Shown here: piece after piece, positions 44,475 to 53,216 of the stretch
Position numbering within the stretch: the first letter of the stretch is position 1
Layout of the letters: each line of letters begins with the position of its first letter
Assembly: GCA_963821645.1 (NCBI GenBank)
Contig: CAWGEQ010000051.1
Span: 17,282 to 81,281 of the forward strand
From: an uncultured delta proteobacterium
GTDB lineage: Bacteria; Desulfobacterota; RBG-13-43-22
Length of the DNA: 64,000 nucleotides
Direction: 5' to 3'
Program-made: the position numbers and the translations under genes
The notes under the pieces: generated by a model
Databases searched by the model: none
Told to the model about the DNA's origin: nothing
What the model saw: the letters and a program-made list of their open reading frames with translations, nothing else

Positions 44475-45506
44475 ATGGGAAAGAAATGCATCGGATCGGT
44501 CGTCATCCTTATCCTTCTCCTGGGGGTGGTCCATTGGGGCCTTTGTGCGACTTATAAGCCGGAATACAAAATGAGCATCGTGGTCGGTCCCACGGGACCC
44601 TGGGGAGAGGGTGCGGCCCGATTCGCCGAAGCGGTGAGGAAGGCCACGGAAGGCCGTATCAACATCAAACCCTATTACAGCGGCCAGCTCTTCGCCGGAA
44701 AACAGACCAACGAATTTCTCCTGATGAAACAGGGGGTCATCGATTTCGCCCTCGGCTCAACCATAAACTGGTCCACCACCATCAAGGAGCTGAACCTCTT
44801 TTCACTGCCCTTTTTCTTTCCCAATTATAAGGCCCTTGATTCCGTGGAGCACGGCGAAACCGGAAAACATCTCATAAAAATCATCGAAGATAAAGGGGTG
44901 GTCGTCCTCGGTTGGGGAGAAAACGGCTACCGGGACCTGACCAACAGCAAACGACCCATAAAAAGGCCGGAGGACCTCGAAGGCCTCAAGATCCGGGTCG
45001 TGGGTTCCCCCATCTTTATCGATACCTTTAAGGCCATGGGCGCCAACCCCGTATCCATGAACTGGGGCGAAGCCCTTTCCTCCTTCCAGCAGGGAACGGT
45101 GGACGGGCAGGAAAACCCGGTGGTTTCCGTCATTATCCCCAACAAATTATGGCAGGTCCATAAATACATGACCGCCTGGGGTTATGCCATCGATCCCCTC
45201 ATCCTCGGTATGAGCAAGGAGGTCTGGGATGGTCTCCCGATGAAAGACAAGGAGGCCATAAAAAAAGCGGCCGCAGAGACCGTCACCTGGCAGAAAAAAG
45301 GGGCCCGGGAGGGGCTGGAGGGGACCATGCCGGCCCTGGAGCTGCTCAGAAAAAACGGCATGGAGGTTACGGTCCTCTCACCGGATCAGAGCAAGGCCTT
45401 TATCAATAAGACCCGGCCCGTCTACGAAAAATGGGAGAAGGAAATAGGACCCGATCTGGTTAAACTGGCTGAAAAAGAGATACAACAAGCGGGCAAGAAA
45501 AGATAA
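44475..45506 (+). CDS. dctP: TRAP transporter substrate-binding protein (DctP family)
   Basis: A signal peptide, then ..IKPYYSGQLFAGKQTNEFLLMKQGVIDFALGS and LKIRVVGSPIF. Confidence 0.9.
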   Translation: MGKKCIGSVVILILLLGVVHWGLCATYKPEYKMSIVVGPTGPWGEGAARFAEAVRKATEGRINIKPYYSGQLFAGKQTNEFLLMKQGVIDFALGSTINWSTTIKELNLFSLPFFFPNYKALDSVEHGETGKHLIKIIEDKGVVVLGWGENGYRDLTNSKRPIKRPEDLEGLKIRVVGSPIFIDTFKAMGANPVSMNWGEALSSFQQGTVDGQENPVVSVIIPNKLWQVHKYMTAWGYAIDPLILGMSKEVWDGLPMKDKEAIKKAAAETVTWQKKGAREGLEGTMPALELLRKNGMEVTVLSPDQSKAFINKTRPVYEKWEKEIGPDLVKLAEKEIQQAGKKR

Positions 45507-45513
45507 AAATATT

Positions 45514-45742
45514 GGGTTACGGGTTGCGGGTTGTCAATAAGAACTACAGCGATTTTTATTACCAATGCGCTTTTTTATCCGTCATTTCGGCATGCTTTAA
45601 GCCGGAATCCAGAGACTTTGATTTTCTCATTTTCTTGAAAACCTGGATTCCCGATAAAGACATTCGGGAATGACGAATAAAGTGTCGCTATAGTATTAGA
45701 CGAGTTTAATTTTTCTTCTAACGAACCTCGCAACTCGCAACA
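45514..45742. repeat. Composite: heptamer arms GGGTTAC GGGTTGC GGGTTGT (45514-45534) and CGAACCT CGCAACT CGCAACA (45722-45742) flanking a ~100-nt palindromic element (45579-45675)
   Basis: The inner element is CCGTCATTTCGGCATGCTTTAAGCCGGAATCCAG ... CCTGGATTCCCGATAAAGACATTCGGGAATGACG, whose arms are reverse complements with mismatches. Confidence 0.75.
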
Positions 45743-45764
45743 GAGATATTTCAACAATTTTAAT

Positions 45765-46232
45765 ATGCTCAAAAAAATTTTTGCCCAGGGCGAAGAGGCG
45801 GCCGGCGTAGTTCTTCTTCTGGCCATGTGTCTCCTGGCCTTTGCCAATGTGCTGACCCGCTATTTTATCCGTTATTCCTTTGCCTTTACCGAAGAAATAG
45901 AAGTGGCCTGTCTGGTCTGGCTGACCATGCTGGGTGCGGCCGCCGGATTTCGAAGGGGGATACACCTTGGTTTTAATCTGCTGGCCCTTCGTTTTCCGGC
46001 CTTTGGGAGAAAGGCCCTCTTACCCCTGGCCTCCCTCTTGACCCTGGCGACCATCGGTCTTTTGACCTGGTTCGGCCTCTCCCAGGTCCAGGATGAATTC
46101 GCCTTAAACGTCCGGACAGAGGCCTTGGATATCCCCCAATGGTGGTACACCCTGTCCATTCCGGTGGGCGGGATTTTGATCATCCTGCGCTCGCTGGAGG
46201 CCGCCTGGAAAGAGTTTAAGGGAAGGGCCTGA
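45765..46232 (+). CDS. dctQ: TRAP transporter small permease (DctQ)
   Basis: 155 aa and 4 TM segments, positioned between dctP and dctM. Confidence 0.8.
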   Translation: MLKKIFAQGEEAAGVVLLLAMCLLAFANVLTRYFIRYSFAFTEEIEVACLVWLTMLGAAAGFRRGIHLGFNLLALRFPAFGRKALLPLASLLTLATIGLLTWFGLSQVQDEFALNVRTEALDIPQWWYTLSIPVGGILIILRSLEAAWKEFKGRA

Positions 46233-47516
46233 TGGAATCGGTCCTCCTCTTCTTTCTGATTTTTTTATTCCTCCTGCTTCTGGGTGTGCCGGTGGCCACC
46301 TCCCTGGGCTTTACCTCCATTCTGCTCATCTGGGACTATCACCTGGGGATCCGGGTCATCGCCTCCAACTTTTACGCCAATGTGGCCAAGTTTCAACTCC
46401 TGGCCCTGCCCTTCTTTATCCTGGCCGGCCTTATCCTGGACCGTTGCGGGATATCGAAGAGGCTTATCCGTTTTGTCAGTCTGCTGGTAGGGCCGATCCC
46501 CGGTGGACTGGCCGTCGTGACCATCATCGTCGGGGTCATCTTTGCCGGTATCTCCGGATCGGGCCCGGCAGACACCGCCGCCCTGGGGGTCATCCTCTTT
46601 CCGGCCATGGTGTCCATGGGCTACCACCGGGGCTACACCGCGGCCCTGATCGCCTCTTCCGGTTCTCTGGCCATTGTCATACCCCCGAGCATCGCCTTTA
46701 TCATCTACGGAGTCATCACCAGCACCTCCATCCCGGCCCTTTTTGCCGCCGGCGTCATTCCGGGGGTCATCACCGCCCTGTTTCTGATCATCCCTTCGGT
46801 TTTCATTGCTCGAAAACAGGGCTGGAAAGGGGAGAGATGGGGGACGGCCGGTGAAGTCTGGCAGGCCTTTAAAGAGGCCCTCTGGGGTCTATTGGCCCCG
46901 GCTGTCATTCTAAGCGGGATTTATGGCGGGATCTTTACGGCCACCGAAGCGGCCGTGGTGGCGGTTTTTTACGGCCTCTTTTTGGGAATGTGTATCTATC
47001 GAAACCTGACGCTTAAGGCCCTGTACGATATCTTCAAAGATGCGGCCTTGTCTTCGGCCGTAGTCATGTTCATTGTGGCCTTTGCCGGCCTCTTTTCCTG
47101 GACCGGTTCCACCCTGGGAGTCATGGACAAGGCCTCATCCAGTCTTCTTTCTCTTTCTTCCAATCCCATGGATCATCCTTCTATTGATCAACGTCATGCT
47201 TTTTATCGCCGGCATGTTGATGGACGCCATTTCCATCTATTATGTCTTTCTACCTATCCTCATCCCCATCATGGCCTTTTTCCATTGGGACCCGGTCTGG
47301 TTCGGGGTCGTCATGACCCTCAATCTGGCCATCGGTCAGATCACGCCGCCGGTGGCGGTAAATCTCTATGTGATTGCCAACATCGCCAACCTTTCCCTGG
47401 AACAAATTTCCAAATCCGTTATCCCTTTTGTGGCCATTATGTTAGCGGCCCTGCTGGTCATCATCTTCTTCCCGGGTCTGTCCACTTTCCTGCCGAGTTT
47501 TTTTGGATTAAAATGA
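46232..47516 (+). pseudogene. dctM: TRAP transporter large permease (DctM) with one apparent +1 frameshift near 47165-47170
   Basis: The frame switches at ..LLSLSSNP|WIILLLINVMLFIAGMLMDAISI within a CCC run. Both halves are typical DctM. Confidence 0.85.
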
Positions 47517-47537
47517 TAAAAGAAAAGGGCAGGAGAG

Positions 47538-47850
47538 GTTGAGGTTCAAGGTTCAAGGTTTAGAGTTCAGAGTTCGGAGAAAACATCCTCTGTAGAAGCG
47601 TTGTAGGGGCGGGTTTGAAACCCGCCCCTACGGGGGCACGAAGGCTTATTTTGAAAACCGAATATTGAATTTAGAATCAGGAAGAATTTATTTCCCCCTT
47701 ACTTCGATATTCGATTTAAGCTTTTTTCTGAGCTTTCAGCTTTGAGCTTTGTTTTTCTTTGAGCTTTGAGCTTTCAGCTTTGAGCCTGGTTCTTTTGAGC
47801 TTTCCGCTTTATTCACTTGCACCTTGGACCTTGTACCTCGCGCCTTCTTC
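47538..47850. repeat. Composite of at least 5 repeat modules between and into convergent genes
   Basis: The modules are GTTCAAG-type heptamers (47538-47579), the hairpin GTAGGGGCGGGTTTGAAACCCGCCCCTAC (47603-47631), a TTCGATA-type element (47658-47716), AGCTTTS heptamers (47730-47786) and TTGCACC TTGGACC TTGTACC TCGCGCC (47817-47844). Confidence 0.8.
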
Positions 47851-50411
47851 CCCGGCCACAAATAAACAATGGGCGAGGCCACAAAGATCGAGGAATAGGT
47901 CCCGACGATGACCCCGAAGAGCAGGGCCAGGGCAAAATCATGGATCACCACCCCCCCGAGGAAATAGAGGGCTAAAACGACCAGGAAGACCGTCAGTGAA
48001 GTAATGACGGTCCGGGAGAGGACTTCGTTGATGCTGACATTGATGATCTCTCCGAAATCCTTTTTCCCGCTGCGGTTCATGGTCTCCCGGATCCGGTCAA
48101 AGACGACCACCGTGTCGGTCAGGGAATAGCCGGCCAGGGTCAGGAGGGCGGTCACAATAAGCAAGGTAATTTCTTTATCCAACAGATAAAAAATCCCCAG
48201 GACGGCCAGGACATCATGAAAGGTGGCAATGGCCGCGGCCACCCCGAAGCGAAATTCAAAACGCCAGGCCAAGTAGAGAATGATGCCGGCTAAAGAGATG
48301 GCAATAGCCAGCAAGGCCGCCTTTTTTAAGGCCGCACTGACCGAGGACCCGATCTCGGCCTTGCTTTCCACCGTAAATTTGAGTTCCGGGAAATCCTCCT
48401 GCAGGGCCTTGGCTATGGCATCGGTCTCTTTGCCCACGGAGTGTTCCGATTTCTTAACCCGGACGATCAGAATATTTTCATGGGCCACCTGCTGCAGTTC
48501 CAGGTCTTTAAAACCCCGTTGGGTCAAGGCGCCCCGGACCTGGTCCAGCCTGAAGGACTGGGCGGCCTTAAACTGGGCCATGGTCCCCCCGGAAAATTCC
48601 ACCCCCAGGTTGGCCTGTCCCCGGTTGATCTGCACAAAGGCAATCAAACCCAGGAGACAGAGGATTCCGGAAAAGATAAAGGCATACTTCCTGAATCCGA
48701 TAAAATCGATCTTGGTTTTTTTCAAGAACTCCACAAAGTGTATCGGTTTGAGACGGCGCTTGGCGCCCAGGTAATCATAGACCACCCGGGTACAAAAAAG
48801 GGCAGTGAAAAGATTGAAAATTACGCCCACACTCAAGGTGACGGCAAAACCCTTGATCGGCCCCGACCCGAAAAGGAATAAGGCGAAGGCGGTGATCAAG
48901 GTGGTGACGTGAGAGTCGATAATGGTCCAGAAGGCCTTATCATAACCCCCGTCCACCCCGGACTTGACCGGTTTGCCCTGATGGAACTCTTCCCGCATAC
49001 GCTCAAAGATCAGGACGTTGGAGTCCACGGCCATACCAATGGATAAAATGATACCGGCAATGCCCGGCAGGGTCAAGGTGGCCCGGAAGATCCCCAGGGC
49101 GGCGATCGTAAAAAGGACATTCAGAATCAGGGCAAAGTCGGCGATGAGCCCGGAAAACCGGTAATAATAGATCATAAACAAGATCACCAGTCCCGTACCG
49201 ACCAGCCCGGAAACAAATCCTCTTTGTATGGAATCCAGGCCCAGGGTCGGCCCGACGGTTACGTTCTGGACGACGTTGACCGGGGCCGGTAAGGCCCCGG
49301 CCCTGAGAACAATGGCCAGGTCGCTGGCTTCTTCCATGGAAAAAGACCCGGTGATCTGGGCATGGCCGCCGGAGATCCGTTCCTGAATGACCGGCGCCGA
49401 CTGGACGACATTATCCAAAACGATGGCCAACTGGCGGCCCACATTGTCGCGGGTGACCTGATCAAAGACCCGGCTCCCATGGGCGTTCAGCTCCACGCTG
49501 ACATAAGGCTCGTTGAAATTCCCCCCGATCTGGACCTGAGCTGTCTTAACGGCATCCCCGGTCATGAGGGCCTTGTTATAAAGTAAAATAGGGATACGGC
49601 TGACCCGTCCGGTCTCCCGGTGGACTTCCTTGCGGATATAGACTTCTCTGTCCGCCGGGATCTGGTCTTTCAGGGCCTCATTGAGCTCGGCATGATTATA
49701 GTCCCTTTTCAATCTTCCGCCGTTAACGGCCTGTTCGATAAGGTTCTGCAAATCAATCTTGCTTTCACTGTCCACCAATTTAAATTCCAACTGGGCGGTC
49801 CGGCCGATAAGATCCATGGCCCGCTGAGGGTCCTTGACCCCGGGCAGTTGAACCACGATTTCATCACTCCCCTGGCGAACAATGACCGGTTCCGTGACCC
49901 CGAATTGATCGATCCGGTTCCGGATGATTTCCAGGCTTTGCGACAGGGCGTTCTCGGTGATCGATTTAATCTCTTTTTCTTTAAGAGCGAGCTCGACCTG
50001 GACCCCTTCGGGTCTTTGGGCCGTTGAAACCACGGTCAGAGAAGGGAATTCCTCCTTTATCGTCTTTTGAACCACGGGAAGCTGGTCGGCATTGGACAAT
50101 AGAAAAGTCAGATGGTTTTTCCCGGCGGCCTCTCCACGACTGGCCGGGATCTGCTTTTTCCTCAGACTTTCCCTCAAATCCTGTTGGGAAACCTCTAAAT
50201 AATTTTTGACGGCCTGATCCAAATCAACCTTAAGGATCAGATGCATGCCCCCCTGGAGGTCCAGCCCCAGTCGTAACCCCTCGCTGGGCAAGACCTTACT
50301 CCACCAGGATGGAAAATCTTTGGTCACCGATGGAATGATAAATAGAACGGACAAGGCTGCCAATACGCCGATCAAGGTAAATTTCCAACGAATTTTCTTA
50401 AGCATGATCAA
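47736..50411 (-). CDS. secDF: Protein translocase subunit SecDF (fused)
   Basis: 891 aa with 12 TM segments and SecD and SecF periplasmic domains. The last ~35 codons (..ARGTRSKVQVNKAESSKEPGSKLKAQSSKKNKAQS) are encoded by heptamer repeats. Confidence 0.9.
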   Translation of the reverse strand: MIMLKKIRWKFTLIGVLAALSVLFIIPSVTKDFPSWWSKVLPSEGLRLGLDLQGGMHLILKVDLDQAVKNYLEVSQQDLRESLRKKQIPASRGEAAGKNHLTFLLSNADQLPVVQKTIKEEFPSLTVVSTAQRPEGVQVELALKEKEIKSITENALSQSLEIIRNRIDQFGVTEPVIVRQGSDEIVVQLPGVKDPQRAMDLIGRTAQLEFKLVDSESKIDLQNLIEQAVNGGRLKRDYNHAELNEALKDQIPADREVYIRKEVHRETGRVSRIPILLYNKALMTGDAVKTAQVQIGGNFNEPYVSVELNAHGSRVFDQVTRDNVGRQLAIVLDNVVQSAPVIQERISGGHAQITGSFSMEEASDLAIVLRAGALPAPVNVVQNVTVGPTLGLDSIQRGFVSGLVGTGLVILFMIYYYRFSGLIADFALILNVLFTIAALGIFRATLTLPGIAGIILSIGMAVDSNVLIFERMREEFHQGKPVKSGVDGGYDKAFWTIIDSHVTTLITAFALFLFGSGPIKGFAVTLSVGVIFNLFTALFCTRVVYDYLGAKRRLKPIHFVEFLKKTKIDFIGFRKYAFIFSGILCLLGLIAFVQINRGQANLGVEFSGGTMAQFKAAQSFRLDQVRGALTQRGFKDLELQQVAHENILIVRVKKSEHSVGKETDAIAKALQEDFPELKFTVESKAEIGSSVSAALKKAALLAIAISLAGIILYLAWRFEFRFGVAAAIATFHDVLAVLGIFYLLDKEITLLIVTALLTLAGYSLTDTVVVFDRIRETMNRSGKKDFGEIINVSINEVLSRTVITSLTVFLVVLALYFLGGVVIHDFALALLFGVIVGTYSSIFVASPIVYLWPGKKARGTRSKVQVNKAESSKEPGSKLKAQSSKKNKAQS

Positions 50412-50573
50412 TCCTTTCCATACCCACTGTCTGCCGCACTCCCATTAGGAGCAAAGATCCATTTGGAACAGGCGGATCGAGGGCCTTTAGGTTCACCCGA
50501 ATTCAAACCCAATTTCCGCCTGTTAAAACTGTTTTGTTTCTCATTATTCAGGCCAAAAGTCAAGGTTATAATT

Positions 50574-52414
50574 TTAACCGGAAGAGTCCTCTGGACCTCG
50601 GGAAAGAAAAAGGGGCAATCCTATGGTCACCGTAGTGCCCTGATTTTCCTGGCTTTGGACCTCTAAGGTCCCTTCATGGGCCTGGATTATCTTTTGGGTA
50701 ATGACCAATCCTAACCCCACCCCTTTTTCTTTGGTGGTATAATAGGGGGCCAAAATTTTTTTCAATCCTTCCCGGGGTATGCCTTTACCCGTATCGGCCA
50801 CCGAGATTTCCAGGAAATCTCTGGTGAAGTTCGGAGTGGCGCGTTATCCGTTTTGAGATGGATTTTCTTTCACTCCGAACTCCGAACTCCGAACCCCGAA
50901 CCACTCTTCACCGTCAGAAGGATATCTCCCCCGCCCGGCATGGCCTCCAGGGCATTATTGAAGATATTGAGGAAGGCCTGGGTAAGTTGAAAACGATCAC
51001 AGCGGATCAGGGGAACTTGCGCTTCCCATTTTTTTATAATCCGAATTCCCTTTGATCTGAACTCCTCTTCCATCACCTCCAGCACATAGTCCAAGATTTC
51101 AAAGATCGATTGTTCTTCCAATTTGATTTCCGGAGGCTTGGCCATCATTAAAAACTGACCGATTATTTGATTGACTCTGGCGATTTCATTGCGAACGATT
51201 TGAGTAAACCGTTCATATTCCTTTTGCTCCTCTAAAACGGGCCAACGAAATTCCTGTTGCAGCCTCTGCACCACCAGGCCAATGGCATTGAGGGGATTTT
51301 TGATTTCGTGGGCCACCCCGGCCGCCAATTGCCCCATGGCCGATAGTTCTTCTTTTAAACGGATCTGTTCCTCCATATCTCTCAATTTTCGAAGGTGACG
51401 GCCCTGGAACCGAAAGATAAAAAATAGTCCCATAAGTCCCGCGGCAAAAAGAACCATACTCGTCAGGATTATGGTTCTCCTGCCCTGATCCAGGATGGGA
51501 TTGACTTCTTTCAAGGAAAGCCCTAAGCGTACCCGGCCTAGGTCCTTACCAGCAGGTCGGAAGGATCGGACTATTTCTAAAAACTCTCCCTTTTTCCCTT
51601 TAATCCAGAAAAGACCGGGATCTCCGGAGCGGACCTGCTTTCTCAGGGATGTTGGGTCCGAATCAACCAAGAGCGCTTCACCGGTTTGGGCAATTATTTT
51701 TCCGGAAGACCCTTCAACCCTCAGGTAAGCGATATTCCCCTTCCCGGAAAAATCTTCCAGGAATCCCTGAATAATAATCTGTTGCCCCAAAGCGATGTAT
51801 TCTTCGGAAGAAAGCAGGATCAGGATCGCCCCGTGGCCATGGCGGCGGGCCACGGCCACGGCTAAGGGAAGGGTTTGACGTAAGGGTCCCTCTCCCCTGA
51901 AGACAGCCAAACGGGTCTTCCCGGTCAAGACCTTTTGGAAAAAAGGGGGCCTGTTTCTTAATGGTTCGGGTAAGAGGGGCAAGGCGAAATCTTTTGGCCC
52001 CGAATTCAAAAAATAGATTTGAGACAACCCCATCGGGCCGATCCTGTTTTTCAAGGATCGAGGATCGAAGGGCTTATGGGAGGACTCCTGATCAAGCTGC
52101 AAGGCCAGATTGATGAGACGTTCGATAAGCAAATCCTCAACACCCAAGACATCTTCCGAACCTTCGATCGTTACGGCGGACGATGGAAGACGGTTCTGGA
52201 AAAAGACGGCCAGCCAATTCCCGGAGTTTTTTTCCAGCCCTTTTATGACGACCAGGGCTTCTGTTTCTAAAATGTTAAACAGTTGACTGCGGGTCCGTTG
52301 GATTTCAAAATAGCCGTTGATCAGGAAAATGCCGATCAAGACGGTCATGACGAAAAACAGATATAAAGGGTATTGGATAGGTCCATGACCGGATATTTTG
52401 CGGGGCAATATCAT
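50574..52414 (-). pseudogene. Sensor histidine kinase (NtrB/ZraS/AtoS-like HisKA plus HATPase_c) whose HATPase_c domain is interrupted
   Basis: AAGVAHEIKNPLNAI is the H box and NIFNNALEAMPGGGDILLTVKS the N box. A stop follows. ...NFTRDFLEISVADTGKGIP...KGVGLGL resumes in another frame. Confidence 0.8.
50823..50912. repeat. CCGAACT-type heptamer hairpin element lying inside the kinase gene
   Basis: GGTGAAGTTCGGAGTGG ... CACTCCGAACTCCGAACTCCGAACCCCGAACCACTCTTCACC. Confidence 0.8.
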
Positions 52415-52537
52415 GGCTTAATATGAAAATAGATTTTTAACCGCCCTTAGCCTCTATATGGGCTCTGTAGGGAGAGGGGTATTTTCATGCTTCGTCGGTG
52501 ACCGCTTCAGGCGGGCATGAGAGCTTAGTACGAAAAA

Positions 52538-52602
52538 CCGAATATTGAATTTCATTGTTTTGGCTTTCCTTCGAAATTCGTTATTCGATATTCATCATTC
52601 GT
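52538..52602. repeat. TTCGATA-type heptamer hairpin element
   Basis: CCGAATATTGAATTTCATTG...CCTTCGAAATTCGTTATTCGATATTCATCATTCG. Confidence 0.8.
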
Positions 52603-53083
52603 TTTTATATTCAGACCCAGGCCCTCTCCTGCCCTGCCCCATTCCGTGTCCCATGCCCGGTCCCATTCCACGACGGAACCCCATACCAGGCCGAAATCCC
52701 AAATCGGTTTCAGGAGGTAACTTTTCCCGTTGTTCCGGGGTGAAGACCTTCAGGGCTTCCTGATAATAAAAAAGGGAGCGCTCATGGGCCTGGAGCAAAA
52801 GGGATTGGATCTGGCGGCGTAATGCTTCTCCCGGTTCCCCTTTATTTTCTTCCGGGGTCAAGGTCCTGAGTTCCATCCGCTTCATCATTATTTTTTTTCG
52901 CCCTTGAGCTGATTCCTGATGAAACCGACTTTTCAGTTCTTTGAGGCTTTGGGCCTGCTCCGGCGTGAGATTCAGATTTTCCGCCCAAGGCTCCGGGTTA
53001 GGAGAAGCAGATAAGACCTCGATTCCGGCTAAGTGAAGGCCCAGGCCAACGATCCAGAGAAAACAGATAATCTTTTTTACCAT
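52595..53083 (-). CDS. Spy/CpxP/ZraP-family periplasmic protein with a Gly/Met/His-rich C-terminal tail
   Basis: It has a signal peptide (MVKKIICFLWIVGLGLHLAGIEVLSA) and LTPEQ motifs (LTxxQ). The tail is GFRPGMGFRRGMGPGMGHGMGQG. The longer ORF to 53164 starts inside a repeat arm. Confidence 0.7.
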   Translation of the reverse strand: MVKKIICFLWIVGLGLHLAGIEVLSASPNPEPWAENLNLTPEQAQSLKELKSRFHQESAQGRKKIMMKRMELRTLTPEENKGEPGEALRRQIQSLLLQAHERSLFYYQEALKVFTPEQREKLPPETDLGFRPGMGFRRGMGPGMGHGMGQGRRGPGSEYKNE

Positions 53084-53112
53084 AGGCAAGTCACATCCAA
53101 GAAAATAGGCGC

Positions 53113-53216
53113 AAGGACCAGGGTTCAAGGTCCAAGGTGCGAGGTTAGAATGCAGTTTCTTCATTTTTTTAATCTTGAAGCCTTGAGCCTTAAGCCTTGT
53201 GCCTATGCCTCAAGCC
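53113..53216. repeat. Heptamer-periodic imperfect hairpin (AAGGT/CCTTRAG type)
   Basis: CAGGGTTCAAGGTCCAAGGTGCGAGGTTAGAATGCAG ... CTTGAAGCCTTGAGCCTTAAGCCTTGTGCCTATGCCTCAAGCC. The right arm overlaps the glgA 3' end. Confidence 0.8.

Noticed and set aside
5623-53216. Short regularly spaced repeats that might be CRISPR arrays.
   Set aside because: The period is 7 nt with no spacers. The units are degenerate and arranged as complementary arms. No cas genes are present.
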